A stretch of 64,000 nt of DNA from an uncultured Verrucomicrobiae bacterium (GTDB taxonomy: Bacteria; Verrucomicrobiota; Verrucomicrobiia; Chthoniobacterales; Chthoniobacteraceae): positions 1,152,001 to 1,216,000 of the forward strand of contig CAVYKI010000009.1 of NCBI GenBank assembly GCA_963769025.1. The letters are read 5' to 3'. Numbering within the stretch: position 1 is the first letter of the stretch; each line of letters begins with the position of its first letter. Shown piece by piece: positions 29,756 to 39,952 of the stretch. Under the pieces are notes generated by a model that made no database searches, had not been told where the DNA came from, and was given only the letters and a program-made list of their open reading frames with translations. The position numbers and the translations under genes were made by a program.

Positions 29756-30499
29756 TCAGTTTTCGGGCGTTGGCTGCGCGTCGCCAGGCTCCACCTCGGC
29801 GGACTCGGCCTGCAATTCAACCGGAGGCGCATCCTCAGCCAGAGCCTCCGCCGCCGCTCCTTCCTCCGCCGCCGTCTCGGCCGGGGCGGGCGCGCCAGCC
29901 TTTTCCTCGACGGGAATCTCCGCCTTTGGCAGCTGCACCCGGCGCAGTTCCTCCACGTTGGGAAGTTCATCCACGGCCTTGAGGCCGAAGTGCTGCAGAA
30001 AATATTCCGTCGTCGCGTACAGCAGCGGGCGTCCCGGCACCTCGGCGCGACCGGTGATGCTCACCAGGCTGCGGTCCAGCAGCACCTGCATCACGCCATC
30101 CACGGCGACACCGCGGACGGCCTCGATGTCCGCGCGCGTGACGGGCTGGCGGTAGGCGATGATCGCGAGCGTCTCCAGCGCGGGACCGCTGAGCCGCGTC
30201 GGCTTCGCCTCGGGGTAAAGCTGCCGCACCCATTCGCTCGCTTCCTTCACCGTCGTCATCGTCCAGCCGTTCACCTGCTCGGTGAGCTGAAGCGCGCGTT
30301 CCTGCTGCGCGTATTCGGCCTTCAGCTCCTCCAGCGCCGCGGTCACGTCGGCCTCCTTCGTCTCGCTGAACTGCTGCACGGCGGCGTCCTCGCTCTCCGC
30401 CGCAGCATCGCGGATGGCCTTCACCATTTCCGACAGCGTCAGCGGCCTCGGCGAGGCGAACACCAGGGCCTCCACGGCATGTTTGATCGTCAGCGTCAT
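29756..30499 (-). CDS. scpB: SMC-Scp complex subunit ScpB
   Basis: VEALVFAS, LSGPALETLAIIAYRQPVTRADIEAVRGV, PGRPLLYATT..FL.HFGL. Confidence 0.96.
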   Translation of the reverse strand: MTLTIKHAVEALVFASPRPLTLSEMVKAIRDAAAESEDAAVQQFSETKEADVTAALEELKAEYAQQERALQLTEQVNGWTMTTVKEASEWVRQLYPEAKPTRLSGPALETLAIIAYRQPVTRADIEAVRGVAVDGVMQVLLDRSLVSITGRAEVPGRPLLYATTEYFLQHFGLKAVDELPNVEELRRVQLPKAEIPVEEKAGAPAPAETAAEEGAAAEALAEDAPPVELQAESAEVEPGDAQPTPEN

Positions 30500-30514
30500 C
30501 GCGGTTGGGACAGT

Positions 30515-31234
30515 TTAGGCGCGGCTCAGTTCAATTTCACCGAAAGGCTCCGGCTGCACGCAGCGCAGTTGCTTCAGCCGGATCAGTTCGAGCAGCGCTA
30601 GGAAAGTGATCACCACCTCCGAGCGCGAGGCTGCGTCGGTGAACAGCTCGGTGAACTTCAACGCCACGCCCGGTGCCGCCATTTTCAAGATAAGATCGAT
30701 CTTGTCGGCGACCGTGAAGTTCTCCTCGAAGATCTCCCGCAGGTCCTCCTTCTTCCCCTCGATGCGCTTGAGGATCTTGTTGAACGCATTGATGAGGTCG
30801 AACACCGACACCTCCCCGAGCGGACGCTCCGCGTGCTCCTCCGGCGACGCCGCAACGCGCGGAAAAACCCCCTCGCGCTCCAGCTCGCGGCCGTGCAGAT
30901 GCGCCGCGGCCTCCTTGAATTTCTTGTACTCGATGAGCTGCCGCACGAGTTCCCAGCGCGGGTCCTCCTCATCGGCCTCCTCCTCCGGCGGCTGCACGTT
31001 CACGGGCAGAAGCGAGCGGCTCTTGATGTAGATGAGGTTCGCCGCCATCACCACGAACTCGCCCGCCACATCGAGGTCGAGCATCTTGAACAGCTCCATG
31101 AAATCCAGGTACTGCTTCGTGATGTGCCCGATGTTGATGTCGTGGATGTCGATCTCATCGCGCTTGATGAGAAAGAGCAGCAGATCGAGCGGCCCTTCGA
31201 AGACCTCGAGTTTCACTTTGTATTCCTGCGACAT
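30515..31234 (-). CDS. scpA: Kleisin ScpA
   Basis: FEGPLDLLLFLI, AGEFVVMAANLIYIKSRSLLP, TFLALLEL. Confidence 0.96.
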   Translation of the reverse strand: MSQEYKVKLEVFEGPLDLLLFLIKRDEIDIHDINIGHITKQYLDFMELFKMLDLDVAGEFVVMAANLIYIKSRSLLPVNVQPPEEEADEEDPRWELVRQLIEYKKFKEAAAHLHGRELEREGVFPRVAASPEEHAERPLGEVSVFDLINAFNKILKRIEGKKEDLREIFEENFTVADKIDLILKMAAPGVALKFTELFTDAASRSEVVITFLALLELIRLKQLRCVQPEPFGEIELSRA

Positions 31235-31318
31235 GAGGGCGCGGAGGCTAGCGCACGACCGCCCGATGGGAAGGAAAACGTGGAGAAACGACCGCCGGCA
31301 CTTGGCTGCGCGTGAAGT

Positions 31319-32977
31319 CTAACCTGCGGGATCGCGCCGGTCGCGGGGGTGGCTTTCCAGCAGGCGGCGGGCGCTGGCGTCGTCGGCCATGCCGAGGGTG
31401 GACCAGTCGTGCGCGTGCCGGCCGTATTGCGCCCAGAATGCGCGGAGGTTGGAATTGGAGACAAACTCCGGGTGCTCGACGAGGACGTCGTAGGGGCCGG
31501 GGCGGCTGAAGATTTTCGCCATGATGGGCACGAGGTCCAACACGAAGAGCGTGCCGAATATCACGAGGAACTGGAAGAGGCCTGCGATCCACTTCTGACC
31601 CTGCTCGCTGCGTTCGGTTTCGTCGGCATCCGGCGGGAGGGTGAAAATGACTTTGTACAGGCCGATGGTTTCCTCCATGGGGTCGAGGACGCCGGCCATC
31701 TTGAGTTCATGCCGCGAGATCTGCGGGAGGTATTCATCGTCCGCGCGCTTCACGCCGCTGGCGTTCTCGGCTTCGAGCGCGGCGGTCTGGTCGGCGATGC
31801 GCTTGAGGTGCAGCGGGTGTTCGGTTTCCGCTTCGGTGATTTCCCTGGTCACTTTGTCGAGGCGATCCTTGCGGATGCGTTCCCGCTCCTTCCCTTCCTC
31901 GACATAGGCGGCGCGCTTGCTGCCGAGGGCGTCGAGGTAGGCGTTCTTGTCGGAAAGGCGCGCGCCGGCGAGCAGCTTGTCGCTCGCGAGGAGTGCGGCG
32001 GTCTGCGCGGCCTCGGAGCTTTCGAGGCGGCGGATGTCGGTGACGACCCCCCTGTCCCGGGCCTGCATGTCCTTGAGGCGCGGGCCGTCGCCGGCCTTCT
32101 TCACTTCGGGATAGAATTCGTTCGGCTGCCCGAGGGCCTCGCGGGCGATGGCTTCGACGAGCCGGCGGTGGAGGTCCTGGCGCTCATCGATCTCAGTCTT
32201 CGTTTTTGCGAGCGTCTCCTTTTGCGCCTCGATCTGCGCGATGACGGCACGCGTGGCACCGCTCGCAGGGGCGACAAAATCGGGTTCCCCCGCCCTCTTG
32301 CGCTCCTCCTCCATCCGTTCGTCGGCGTAGGTCTCGGTGTTGATGATCGCCTTTTGCAGCTCGGGAAGCTGCGCCATGAGCGCGTCGCGCTTGGTGTTGT
32401 AGTCGGCGATGACCTGCTTGCGCGCGGCGGCTTCACCGTCGCGGATTTTTTCGAGCGCGACAGCGAGTTCCTTGCGCTTCACGGCTTCCTCCTCGCGGAG
32501 TTTGTTCAGGCGTCCCTGGACTTCGGTCTGGTAGCGGTACTTGATGGCGGGCCGGTACTGATCGAGGCAGAACGGGAACGCGATGGCCACGCTCACCACG
32601 GCGGCCAGCGCAAAGCGGAAGCAGATCTGCAGCAGCTTGCGCCACCAGGCCTGGAACGGCCGATACGTCGCGAGCAGGATGCGGTCGGTGTTCATGATGA
32701 CGAACGCCCACGCGACCGAGATTCCGAAGACCGCGAGCCACGGCGGCTCGGCGAAGCGGCTCTTCGCGTAAAAGATCATCCCGAGGAAAGACATCACCGT
32801 CGGAATCAGCACCGTGCTGCCGATCACCGCAACGCGCTCGCGTTCCGTCGCCGGGCAATGCTGGAGCGTCTCCCACCGCGCCCCGGCGAGCCAGTAAAGC
32901 GGACGCATCCATTTGTCGGCGCTCGACGGCGCATCGGCTTCGGGCGGGAGAGGATTTTCGGGTGGCTGCCAGTGCAT
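31319..32977 (-). CDS. DUF4407-like membrane/coiled-coil protein
   Basis: WLAGA...CP..ER..IG..VL, W..IMN.DR, RFALA..IA.P, long coiled coil, C-terminal TM with DLVPIMAK. Confidence 0.75.
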   Translation of the reverse strand: MHWQPPENPLPPEADAPSSADKWMRPLYWLAGARWETLQHCPATERERVAVIGSTVLIPTVMSFLGMIFYAKSRFAEPPWLAVFGISVAWAFVIMNTDRILLATYRPFQAWWRKLLQICFRFALAAVVSVAIAFPFCLDQYRPAIKYRYQTEVQGRLNKLREEEAVKRKELAVALEKIRDGEAAARKQVIADYNTKRDALMAQLPELQKAIINTETYADERMEEERKRAGEPDFVAPASGATRAVIAQIEAQKETLAKTKTEIDERQDLHRRLVEAIAREALGQPNEFYPEVKKAGDGPRLKDMQARDRGVVTDIRRLESSEAAQTAALLASDKLLAGARLSDKNAYLDALGSKRAAYVEEGKERERIRKDRLDKVTREITEAETEHPLHLKRIADQTAALEAENASGVKRADDEYLPQISRHELKMAGVLDPMEETIGLYKVIFTLPPDADETERSEQGQKWIAGLFQFLVIFGTLFVLDLVPIMAKIFSRPGPYDVLVEHPEFVSNSNLRAFWAQYGRHAHDWSTLGMADDASARRLLESHPRDRRDPAG

Positions 32978-33057
32978 GGGGCCGGGAGGGTATCGGTGGA
33001 AAGCGGATGCGCCAGATTTGAAAACCGCACAATCACGATTCCCCGCCTAACAAAACT

Positions 33058-33894
33058 TCACTCCGAGATCCCCGTCCGGGAGCAAAGCTTGTCCCGTCCT
33101 TTATCGAGCACTTTGCGCTCGGCGCGGCTCAGGCTCTGAATGCCGTCCCGGGAGATTTTCTCGAGGATGGGATCGATCTCCATGCGCATGAAATCGTCCG
33201 GGCTCATCCGCTCCATGCGCATCTCGCGCTGCCGACGCTCGAAGGCCCGGCGCTGAAACCACATCGGATTGCCGAAACCCAGTTTTCGCGCCCACGCCCA
33301 GCCGAGCACCGTGCCGGTGAGGATCCCGGCGGGACCGATCGCGCCGAGGGTGCCCGTCGCCGCGCATCCCGCGGCAAAGAGCACCATCGCGAAGGCGAGA
33401 TACTTTGCGCGGAAGCGCAGTGGGAAGAGGTGGAAGAAGGAAATGCCGGTCTCCAGTTCCGGCATGATCGTCGCGTAGGCCGCGAGGACCGCCGCGACCG
33501 CCGCGGAGAATCCGACCACCGCCACACCGCCGGTCGCGATGCACGCCACGCCGCCGATCGCATTGGCGAGCAGGCAGAGCCAGATGAATTGCACGCGCCC
33601 GACGATCGGCTCGATCTCACGCCCGGCAAACCACAGCACAAGCAGGTTCACGAAGAAATGCCCGGGCCCCGCGTGGAGGAACTGGTAGCTGAACAGCCGC
33701 CAATATTCCCCGGCGAAAAACTGCGACGCCTCGAGCCGGAGCAGCTTCAGCGGTTCATCCACCCCGGCCCACCAGAGCGTGGCCTGCGTCGTGCCCCAGA
33801 AGATCATCGTCCAAAAAAACACCAGCACTCCGGACGAACGGCCCTGCGCCCATACGCGCTGAAATGACGAGGTCTGACGTCGTGGGAGGCTCAT
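33058..33894 (-). CDS. Rhomboid-family membrane protein with C-terminal IDPILEKIS..G.QSL domain
   Basis: WRLFSYQFLHAG..HFFVN, GFS motif. The catalytic His in the last helix is not evident (IGPAGILTG). Confidence 0.8.
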   Translation of the reverse strand: MSLPRRQTSSFQRVWAQGRSSGVLVFFWTMIFWGTTQATLWWAGVDEPLKLLRLEASQFFAGEYWRLFSYQFLHAGPGHFFVNLLVLWFAGREIEPIVGRVQFIWLCLLANAIGGVACIATGGVAVVGFSAAVAAVLAAYATIMPELETGISFFHLFPLRFRAKYLAFAMVLFAAGCAATGTLGAIGPAGILTGTVLGWAWARKLGFGNPMWFQRRAFERRQREMRMERMSPDDFMRMEIDPILEKISRDGIQSLSRAERKVLDKGRDKLCSRTGISE

Positions 33895-33946
33895 GAAGCA
33901 GGTCTGGGATTAATGCCCCTTTCCGCCCGTTTGTAAAAGGGGAATT

Positions 33947-34798
33947 CTACGGCACGCACAGCCGCAGTTTGCCCGCCACGCGGAAGGTCACTGGCAGCAC
34001 GCCGGAAAGCTCGCCATCCACCTCCACCGGCACCTCCTGCGCGGAGCGGACCGTCGCCTCCGCCACCTGGAAATACTCCACCCCAGCCATGCCCGTGTGC
34101 CGCCCCACGAGGACGCCCGCGAGATATTTTGCGAGGTCGAGGTAGCCGATATTCTTGAAAATGAGCACGTCCAGCAGGCCGTCATCGACGCGTGCCTTTG
34201 GAAAAAGTGTGAGCTTCGTGCCGTAGTAACGTCCGTTCCCGACGAGCACGAACGAGCCTTCGCTTTGCACCCCGCCCGCCTCGACGACGAGCTTCGGCGG
34301 CGTGCGCGCGGCGATCTGCGCGGCGCTGATGAGGTAGCTCAGCGGCCCGAGGTTTTTCTTCGATTCCCAAGTCGTCTCCTTCACCACCTGCGCGTCGAGC
34401 CCCACACCCGCGAGCTGGATGAAGTACGCGTCGTTCGCCGCGAGCAGATCGATTTCCCGGCGGCGTCCCGCACGGATCACCGCCCACGCCTCCTCCAGCT
34501 TCTCCGGCAGCGCGTGCTCCTTGGAAAAGACATTCATCGTGCCGACGGGGAGCACGCCGAGCGCCACGTCCGTTCCCGCGAGTCCGTTCGCGACTCCGTT
34601 CACCGTGCCGTCTCCACCCGCCGCGGCCACCACGCGAAAGCCCTCCCGCGCCGCCTCCGCCGCGAGCCGGCGCGCATCGTCGGGGCCGGCGGTCATCCGC
34701 AATTCCGCCTCAGGCGCCACCTCGCGCAGCACGTCCGCGAGGTCGCGCGATTTTTCGCCTCGGGCCTTGGGATTGAAAATGATGACGGTATCGGGCAC
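33947..34798 (-). CDS. Diacylglycerol kinase family lipid kinase (YegS/BmrU-like)
   Basis: IFNPKAR, GGDGTVNGV, LPVGTMNVF, GVGLDA, GNGRYYG, VDGE. Probable GTG start at 34798. Confidence 0.92.
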   Translation of the reverse strand: MPDTVIIFNPKARGEKSRDLADVLREVAPEAELRMTAGPDDARRLAAEAAREGFRVVAAAGGDGTVNGVANGLAGTDVALGVLPVGTMNVFSKEHALPEKLEEAWAVIRAGRRREIDLLAANDAYFIQLAGVGLDAQVVKETTWESKKNLGPLSYLISAAQIAARTPPKLVVEAGGVQSEGSFVLVGNGRYYGTKLTLFPKARVDDGLLDVLIFKNIGYLDLAKYLAGVLVGRHTGMAGVEYFQVAEATVRSAQEVPVEVDGELSGVLPVTFRVAGKLRLCVP

Positions 34799-34893
34799 GG
34801 CTGAGTGTGGCTGTTCTATGCACCGCGGCAGCCGTGTTGCCAGACACTTTCCGCCCTTTCCTTTGCGCACCGCGCCGCTAGCTTCCCGGCGCT

Positions 34894-36315
34894 TTGAGAC
34901 GCTTCGCAAAATATCTCGCCATCACCTCCATCGCGGTGGCGCTCCTGCCCGCCGCAGGCGGATGGTTCATGAACCGCTGGGCGCAATCCCCTGCCGGTCG
35001 CGCGAGCATCGAGGCGCAACTCAGCAGCGCGCTGCGCCTGCCTCTCAAGATCGCGAGCCTCGACTTCTCCGCATGGCGCGGACTCACGGCCAAAGGGATC
35101 ACTGTGTCCGGCCCCGATGGCATTCTGTTTGAGGCCGCCGGCATCTCGGCCAGCCACCGCTTCTTCCCGCTGCTCCGCGGCAGCTTGGCGCTAGATGAAG
35201 TGCGCATCGAACAGCCGCAGTTCCGACTCGTCGAGGATGCGGCCGGCAAATGGAAGCTCTCGCAAGCGCCGATCGCCGCGCCTACGGCCATCACCGAGAT
35301 CCCGCCGCCCGTGATCTCCCAGCCCGCGGCAACCGCGACCCCTGCGCCGCGAAAATCATCCGGCATTTCCATTGGCAAAATCACCGTGCAAGGCGGCACC
35401 GCCGAACTCATCGACAAGGCCCGCCGCCCCTTCGCAAACATCACGGGGCTGAGCATCACCCTGCGCGATGTGACGGACCGCGGCTTCGCCGGTGACTTCG
35501 CAGTCGAGCGCGCGATACTCCACGGCTGGTTCGCGCTCGAGAACCTGAGCGGCACCGCGAATCGCGCCGGGCAGGACATTCAGATCCGGAAACTCACGGC
35601 CACCGCCGGCGGAGGCGCTGTCACCGGCGAAGCCACTTGGTCCGCCGTCTCCCAAACGGCGAGCGCCGCTCTGCATCTCGAAGGCATCGGTCTCGCGCGC
35701 ACCACGCAGGACGCCGGACTCACCGGCCAGAGGATTTCCGGGACGCTCAGCGGCGATGCGCAGTTCGCTGGGCTCGGTTCCGACAAAAAGGGCATCACCG
35801 GCAAAGGCACCCTTGCCCTCAAGAGCGGCAATTGCAGCCAGATCGAGGCGCTGCGGCAAATCGGCGACGTGCTGCGACTCGCCTCGCTCGCCAATTTTGA
35901 AATCGCAGATGCGACGGCCAATTTCCAAGTCGCCAACGAGCAGGTCGTCCTCGCGCCGCTCGATGTCTCGGCACCGCCCGTCGGCATCACGCTCACCGGC
36001 CCCGCGACGTTCGACGGCACGCTGAACCTCTCCGGACTGCTGCACGCACCCGCAGATCTCGTCGAGCGTCAGGGCATCGTCGCGGGAAAATTTTCACCGG
36101 CGGATGCGCAGAACCGGCGGAGCGTGCCGTTCAACATCACCGGCCTGCTCAAGAAGCCGAAACAGAACCTCGCCGAGAGCCTCACCGGCACGAAGGACCG
36201 CAAGCAGCAGCGCATCATCGCCGCCGAGTCGATCATCTCCGCGCTCATGCAGCGCAACAAGCCCAAGGCAGAACAACCCGCGCCGCCACCGCAGCCCGTC
36301 CCGGCGCAGCCATGA
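34894..36315 (+). CDS. AsmA-like protein
   Basis: N-terminal anchor, repeated beta-rich segments, ITGKGTLALKSG...F.IA...G...FDGTLNL C-terminal AsmA-like pattern. Confidence 0.75.
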   Translation: MRRFAKYLAITSIAVALLPAAGGWFMNRWAQSPAGRASIEAQLSSALRLPLKIASLDFSAWRGLTAKGITVSGPDGILFEAAGISASHRFFPLLRGSLALDEVRIEQPQFRLVEDAAGKWKLSQAPIAAPTAITEIPPPVISQPAATATPAPRKSSGISIGKITVQGGTAELIDKARRPFANITGLSITLRDVTDRGFAGDFAVERAILHGWFALENLSGTANRAGQDIQIRKLTATAGGGAVTGEATWSAVSQTASAALHLEGIGLARTTQDAGLTGQRISGTLSGDAQFAGLGSDKKGITGKGTLALKSGNCSQIEALRQIGDVLRLASLANFEIADATANFQVANEQVVLAPLDVSAPPVGITLTGPATFDGTLNLSGLLHAPADLVERQGIVAGKFSPADAQNRRSVPFNITGLLKKPKQNLAESLTGTKDRKQQRIIAAESIISALMQRNKPKAEQPAPPPQPVPAQP

Positions 36316-36887
36316 GGGTCGTCGGCGGCATCGCTGGCGGCATCCCGCTCCAGGTCCCGAAGACCGATCTGCGCCCGACGATGGACGTGGTGAAAAATGC
36401 GATCTTCAACAGCCTCGTGGAATTCGTCCCCGGCACGCGCGTGCTCGATCTTTTTGCCGGCACCGGCGGCCTCGGCATCGAGGCGCTCAGCCGCGGGGCG
36501 GTTTCGTGCACGTTTGTCGAAAGTGATCGCCGCGCGTGTGACAGCATCCGGCGCAACCTCGAAAAGACAAAGCTCGCCGGCGGCACGCTCGCCTGCGCCG
36601 ACGCGCTGCGCTGGGTCGAACGCAATGCGCAACCCGCGACGTTCGACCTCATCCTCGCCGACCCGCCCTACGCGCGCAGGGACGGGGAGCGCGATTTTGC
36701 AAGGGAACTGATCGCGCTCGCCGGAATCCGCAGCGCGCTTGCGCCGGGCGGGATTTTCATCCTCGAGCATCGGCCGGACGAACCGCTGCCGCTCGGCCCG
36801 GACTGGGAATGCACGCGCGACAAGCGCTATGGCGCGACTGCCGTGGCCTTCCTGCGCGCAACGCAACCTGCACCTTCCAACCCGTGA
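36312..36887 (+). CDS. rsmD: 16S rRNA m2G966 methyltransferase
   Basis: MRVVGG..G..L, LRPT.D.VK.AIFN, VLDLFAGTGGLGIEALSRGA, ADPPY. Confidence 0.93.
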   Translation: MRVVGGIAGGIPLQVPKTDLRPTMDVVKNAIFNSLVEFVPGTRVLDLFAGTGGLGIEALSRGAVSCTFVESDRRACDSIRRNLEKTKLAGGTLACADALRWVERNAQPATFDLILADPPYARRDGERDFARELIALAGIRSALAPGGIFILEHRPDEPLPLGPDWECTRDKRYGATAVAFLRATQPAPSNP

Positions 36888-37516
36888 CCAATCAAACCCA
36901 ACAGGAACAACACGCCGCCTTCCTCGCGGCGGCGGACCAAGCACTGTGGCAGCCCGGCGACCACGTACGGCGCGCCGGGATGTCCGAGATTTTTGCGCGA
37001 CCCGCGCCGCTGGAAATCGACTTCGGCTGCGGCGACGGCTCGTTCCTGCTCGCGATGGCGAAGCGTTTTCCGGAGCGGAATTTCCTCGGCACCGAACGCA
37101 TGCTCGGGCGCGTGGAAAAAGTTTCCCGCGCCATCGCGCGCAACCATCTCACAAACACCCGCGTCATCCGCCTCGAAAGCAACTACGTGGCGAAATGGCT
37201 CCTTCCCGTGGGCTGCGCGGAGATCGTCCATATCGGCTTCCCCGACCCGTGGCCGAAGCGCCATCACCACGAGCGGCGGCTGTTTCAGGACGAATTCATG
37301 GATTCGCTGCATCAGGTTCTCGCACCCGGCGCGGAAGTCCGCATCAAGACCGACGACCAGCCGTATTTTCTCTGGATCGAAAAAGTGATCGCCCGCGCGA
37401 AAGGCTTCGAGCGCATCGAGTGGCCCGAGGAGCCGGATTACCCGAAGACGGATTTCGAGCAGCACTTCGTGGATCAGGGCCTGCCGATCTACCGCGCGCG
37501 GCTGAGAAAGGTCTGA
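36884..37516 (+). CDS. trmB: tRNA m7G46 methyltransferase
   Basis: EIDFGCGDGSFL, NFLGTE, FPDPWPKRHHHERRL, IKTD..Y, TDFE. GTG start overlaps the rsmD stop (GTGA). Confidence 0.93.
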   Translation: MTNQTQQEQHAAFLAAADQALWQPGDHVRRAGMSEIFARPAPLEIDFGCGDGSFLLAMAKRFPERNFLGTERMLGRVEKVSRAIARNHLTNTRVIRLESNYVAKWLLPVGCAEIVHIGFPDPWPKRHHHERRLFQDEFMDSLHQVLAPGAEVRIKTDDQPYFLWIEKVIARAKGFERIEWPEEPDYPKTDFEQHFVDQGLPIYRARLRKV

Positions 37517-39798
37517 CCGCCGAGGTAAGTCTGCAGGACGAACCCGTCGTCGCGCAGTTCGACCCGCACCGCACCGCAGTGTTCCTGCTGAAACGGCACT
37601 GCCCCGACCGCGCGGACATTGCGCTCCCATTCCGCGACTCGCTCCGGCGGCGAGCCAAATGGCGGACGCGAGCAAACGGCCGCAGCCGGACGAACGGCCG
37701 ACAGGAAATCCGGCGTGCCGGAGATATCCCGCGAATGCCAGCCCGTCACGAGGACGTCCGCGCGCAGGTCGGGCTCATTTTCGAGCAGCCAACGCTCGGT
37801 GGAAAAACCCGCATCCGACGCGAGCAACACCCGGAGCCCGGCGGCCTCGATCCGGCAGACGAGCGCCTTGTCGTCGGCCTGCGGACGCACGATTTCCGGC
37901 GGCGGGAAAAGCACCTTCATCGTGACGCCAAGCCCGAGCGTGAACGTTTCACCACGCTCCAGGTAGCGCCGTCCGAACGTCGCCTCGGCCAGCCGCGCAT
38001 GGACGTCCCTGCGCACCGGCGAGCGATCCGCATACGTCGTGTCGGCCATCCAGCGCGGATGAAAATCCCCGAACACGGGCCACGCCCCGCCGACGTGCGC
38101 CGTGTCGCCGTGAGTGAGGACCACGCCGTCGAGCCGGTTCACCCCGCGCGAGCGGAGATACGGCAGCACCGCGCCGACGTAATCGCGCACACCGCCACAA
38201 TCCACGAGCCAGTCTCCCCTTCCAGCACGCACATGAATCGCCGCAGCCCTCGCCGGTTTCCAAGGCGACGATTTCGCACGCGGCTGCGCGCTCAAAACGC
38301 GGCACTTCGACGTAGATGTAGCCGCCCGGCACCTTTGAAAAAAGCGCGAGGCTCGCGAGCAGCGCCTTGGCGGCGATCCAGTTGGCCTGATTCACCACCA
38401 TCGCGAGCGCCAGCGGAAACCACTCCGCACAGCAGGCTCATCAATCCCAGCGCGAGCACGCAAAACGCGAGCGGCACCGCGACCGCATTCGCGACGATCG
38501 CGACCGGTGAGATGAGATGAAAGTAGCCAGCCATGAAAGCAAACGACCCGATCCACGCGGCAAGCGTGACTCCCGCCGCCTGCGCAATCTGCCCCCAAAG
38601 CACTACGCGCCCCCGTTCGCCGCGCGACCACAACTCGCGCGGGATGAAATCATCCGGCTGCGCCAAACGGCTCCATCCGCCGGGCGATGGGAGCCGAGAG
38701 CGCCATGATGAAAACGACCAGCACGAACGAAAGCTGAAAGCCCGGCGTGAACAGTTCGTTCGTATCCCACGCCAGAATCACGACCGCGGATGCCGCGAGA
38801 CTGTTCATCGCCACCGCGGGCCGGTCGAGCAACTGCCCGAGCAGAATGAACGACGCCATCACCGTCGCGCGCACGCAACTCGCGCTCAGTCCCGTGACCA
38901 GCGCGTACGCGCACAGCAACGGGATGATGATCACCACCGCCGCACGTCGCGAAAACCGGAGGGGCTTCAGCAGATACCACGCGATGCCCGCGAGCATCGC
39001 CACATTCAGCCCGCTCACGGCAAAAAGATGCAGCGTCCCCGTTTTTTGAAAAAGCCCCTTCATCTCCGGCGGAGTCTCGCCTCGAAGGCCGAGCACCATG
39101 CTCTCGATCAGCATTGTCAGGTCCGGTTCATCGGCCAGACCCAGCTTCAGTTTGCCACGGATCCATTCCCGCGCCGCGATCGCAAAAGTCATCGCCGCCG
39201 ATCCCCGTCCATGCCCGGTCACCGTGCAGTCCGTCGCATTACGTGCCGCGACTTCGAACCCCACACCCTTGCGCCGCAGCCAACCCGCGACATCAAACTG
39301 CCCCGGATTCGTCACCTCCTGAAGCACCCGCGCCGAGCCCTCGATGGCGACCACATCACCGTACGTCGGCGCGCTCCCGACCCATCGCACGAGGCACAAT
39401 CCCGAGAATGGAACCGCATCCGCATCGAGACGGAGCGACTCCGCCTTCAGCCAGAAACTCGCCCGCGCCTCCCCGCGCGAACCGGTGTGGCTCGCCGGTT
39501 CCGACCACACGATCCCGCTCACCGATGCCGTACGCTGGCCGCTCCGCAATAGCCCGTCGAGCGCGGCTTCCGCCGAATGGTGATGCCTCATCTCATGCAG
39601 CGCAAAGAAGGCCGCTCCAGCGAACGTGACGCACGTCCACCGCCTTGGAAAAAGGAACACCGCCAGCGCCAGCAAGACCGCCACACCGAATCCCCACTCG
39701 GCCGGAACCCGCCATAAGTCTGCCAGGAGGATGCCCGCAATCGCACCCATGCCGATGCCGAGAAATGGCTTCCTGGGACGGAGGGAGATCATCTGCAT
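37489..39798 (-). CDS. comEC: ComEC/Rec2 DNA uptake channel; ~3 apparent frameshifts
   Basis: TNPGQFD (DUF4131), TGTLHLFAVSGLNV, SASCVRA, GFQLSF, and beta-lactamase-like LTHGDTAHVGG. Confidence 0.92.
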
Positions 39799-39921
39799 AA
39801 AGCCGTTTTAGCATGCGAGCAGGACAGACCGCCTGCGGCAAGATTGTTCACCGCGCGCCCGCCCACGGTCCTGAAATCTAGTGTTCGGCAGCAGTGCGCA
39901 GCCGTATCAAATTTTCGGTCG

Positions 39922-39940
39922 TAGTGACACCATAGTGACA
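39922..39940. promoter_or_regulatory. 11-bp-period direct repeat (TAGTGACA x2), candidate OmpR/PhoB-type site
   Basis: tagtgaca at 39922 and 39933, in the divergent comEC/sulfotransferase intergenic region. Confidence 0.35.
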
Positions 39941-39952
39941 ACATCGTAATTC

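Noticed and set aside
28041..30155. 704-aa + strand ORF (likewise 12052..13554, 31349..33139, 39878..41863, 54090..56282)
   Set aside because: Shadow or alternative-frame ORFs over well-supported genes; Arg/Ala-rich with no domain signal.
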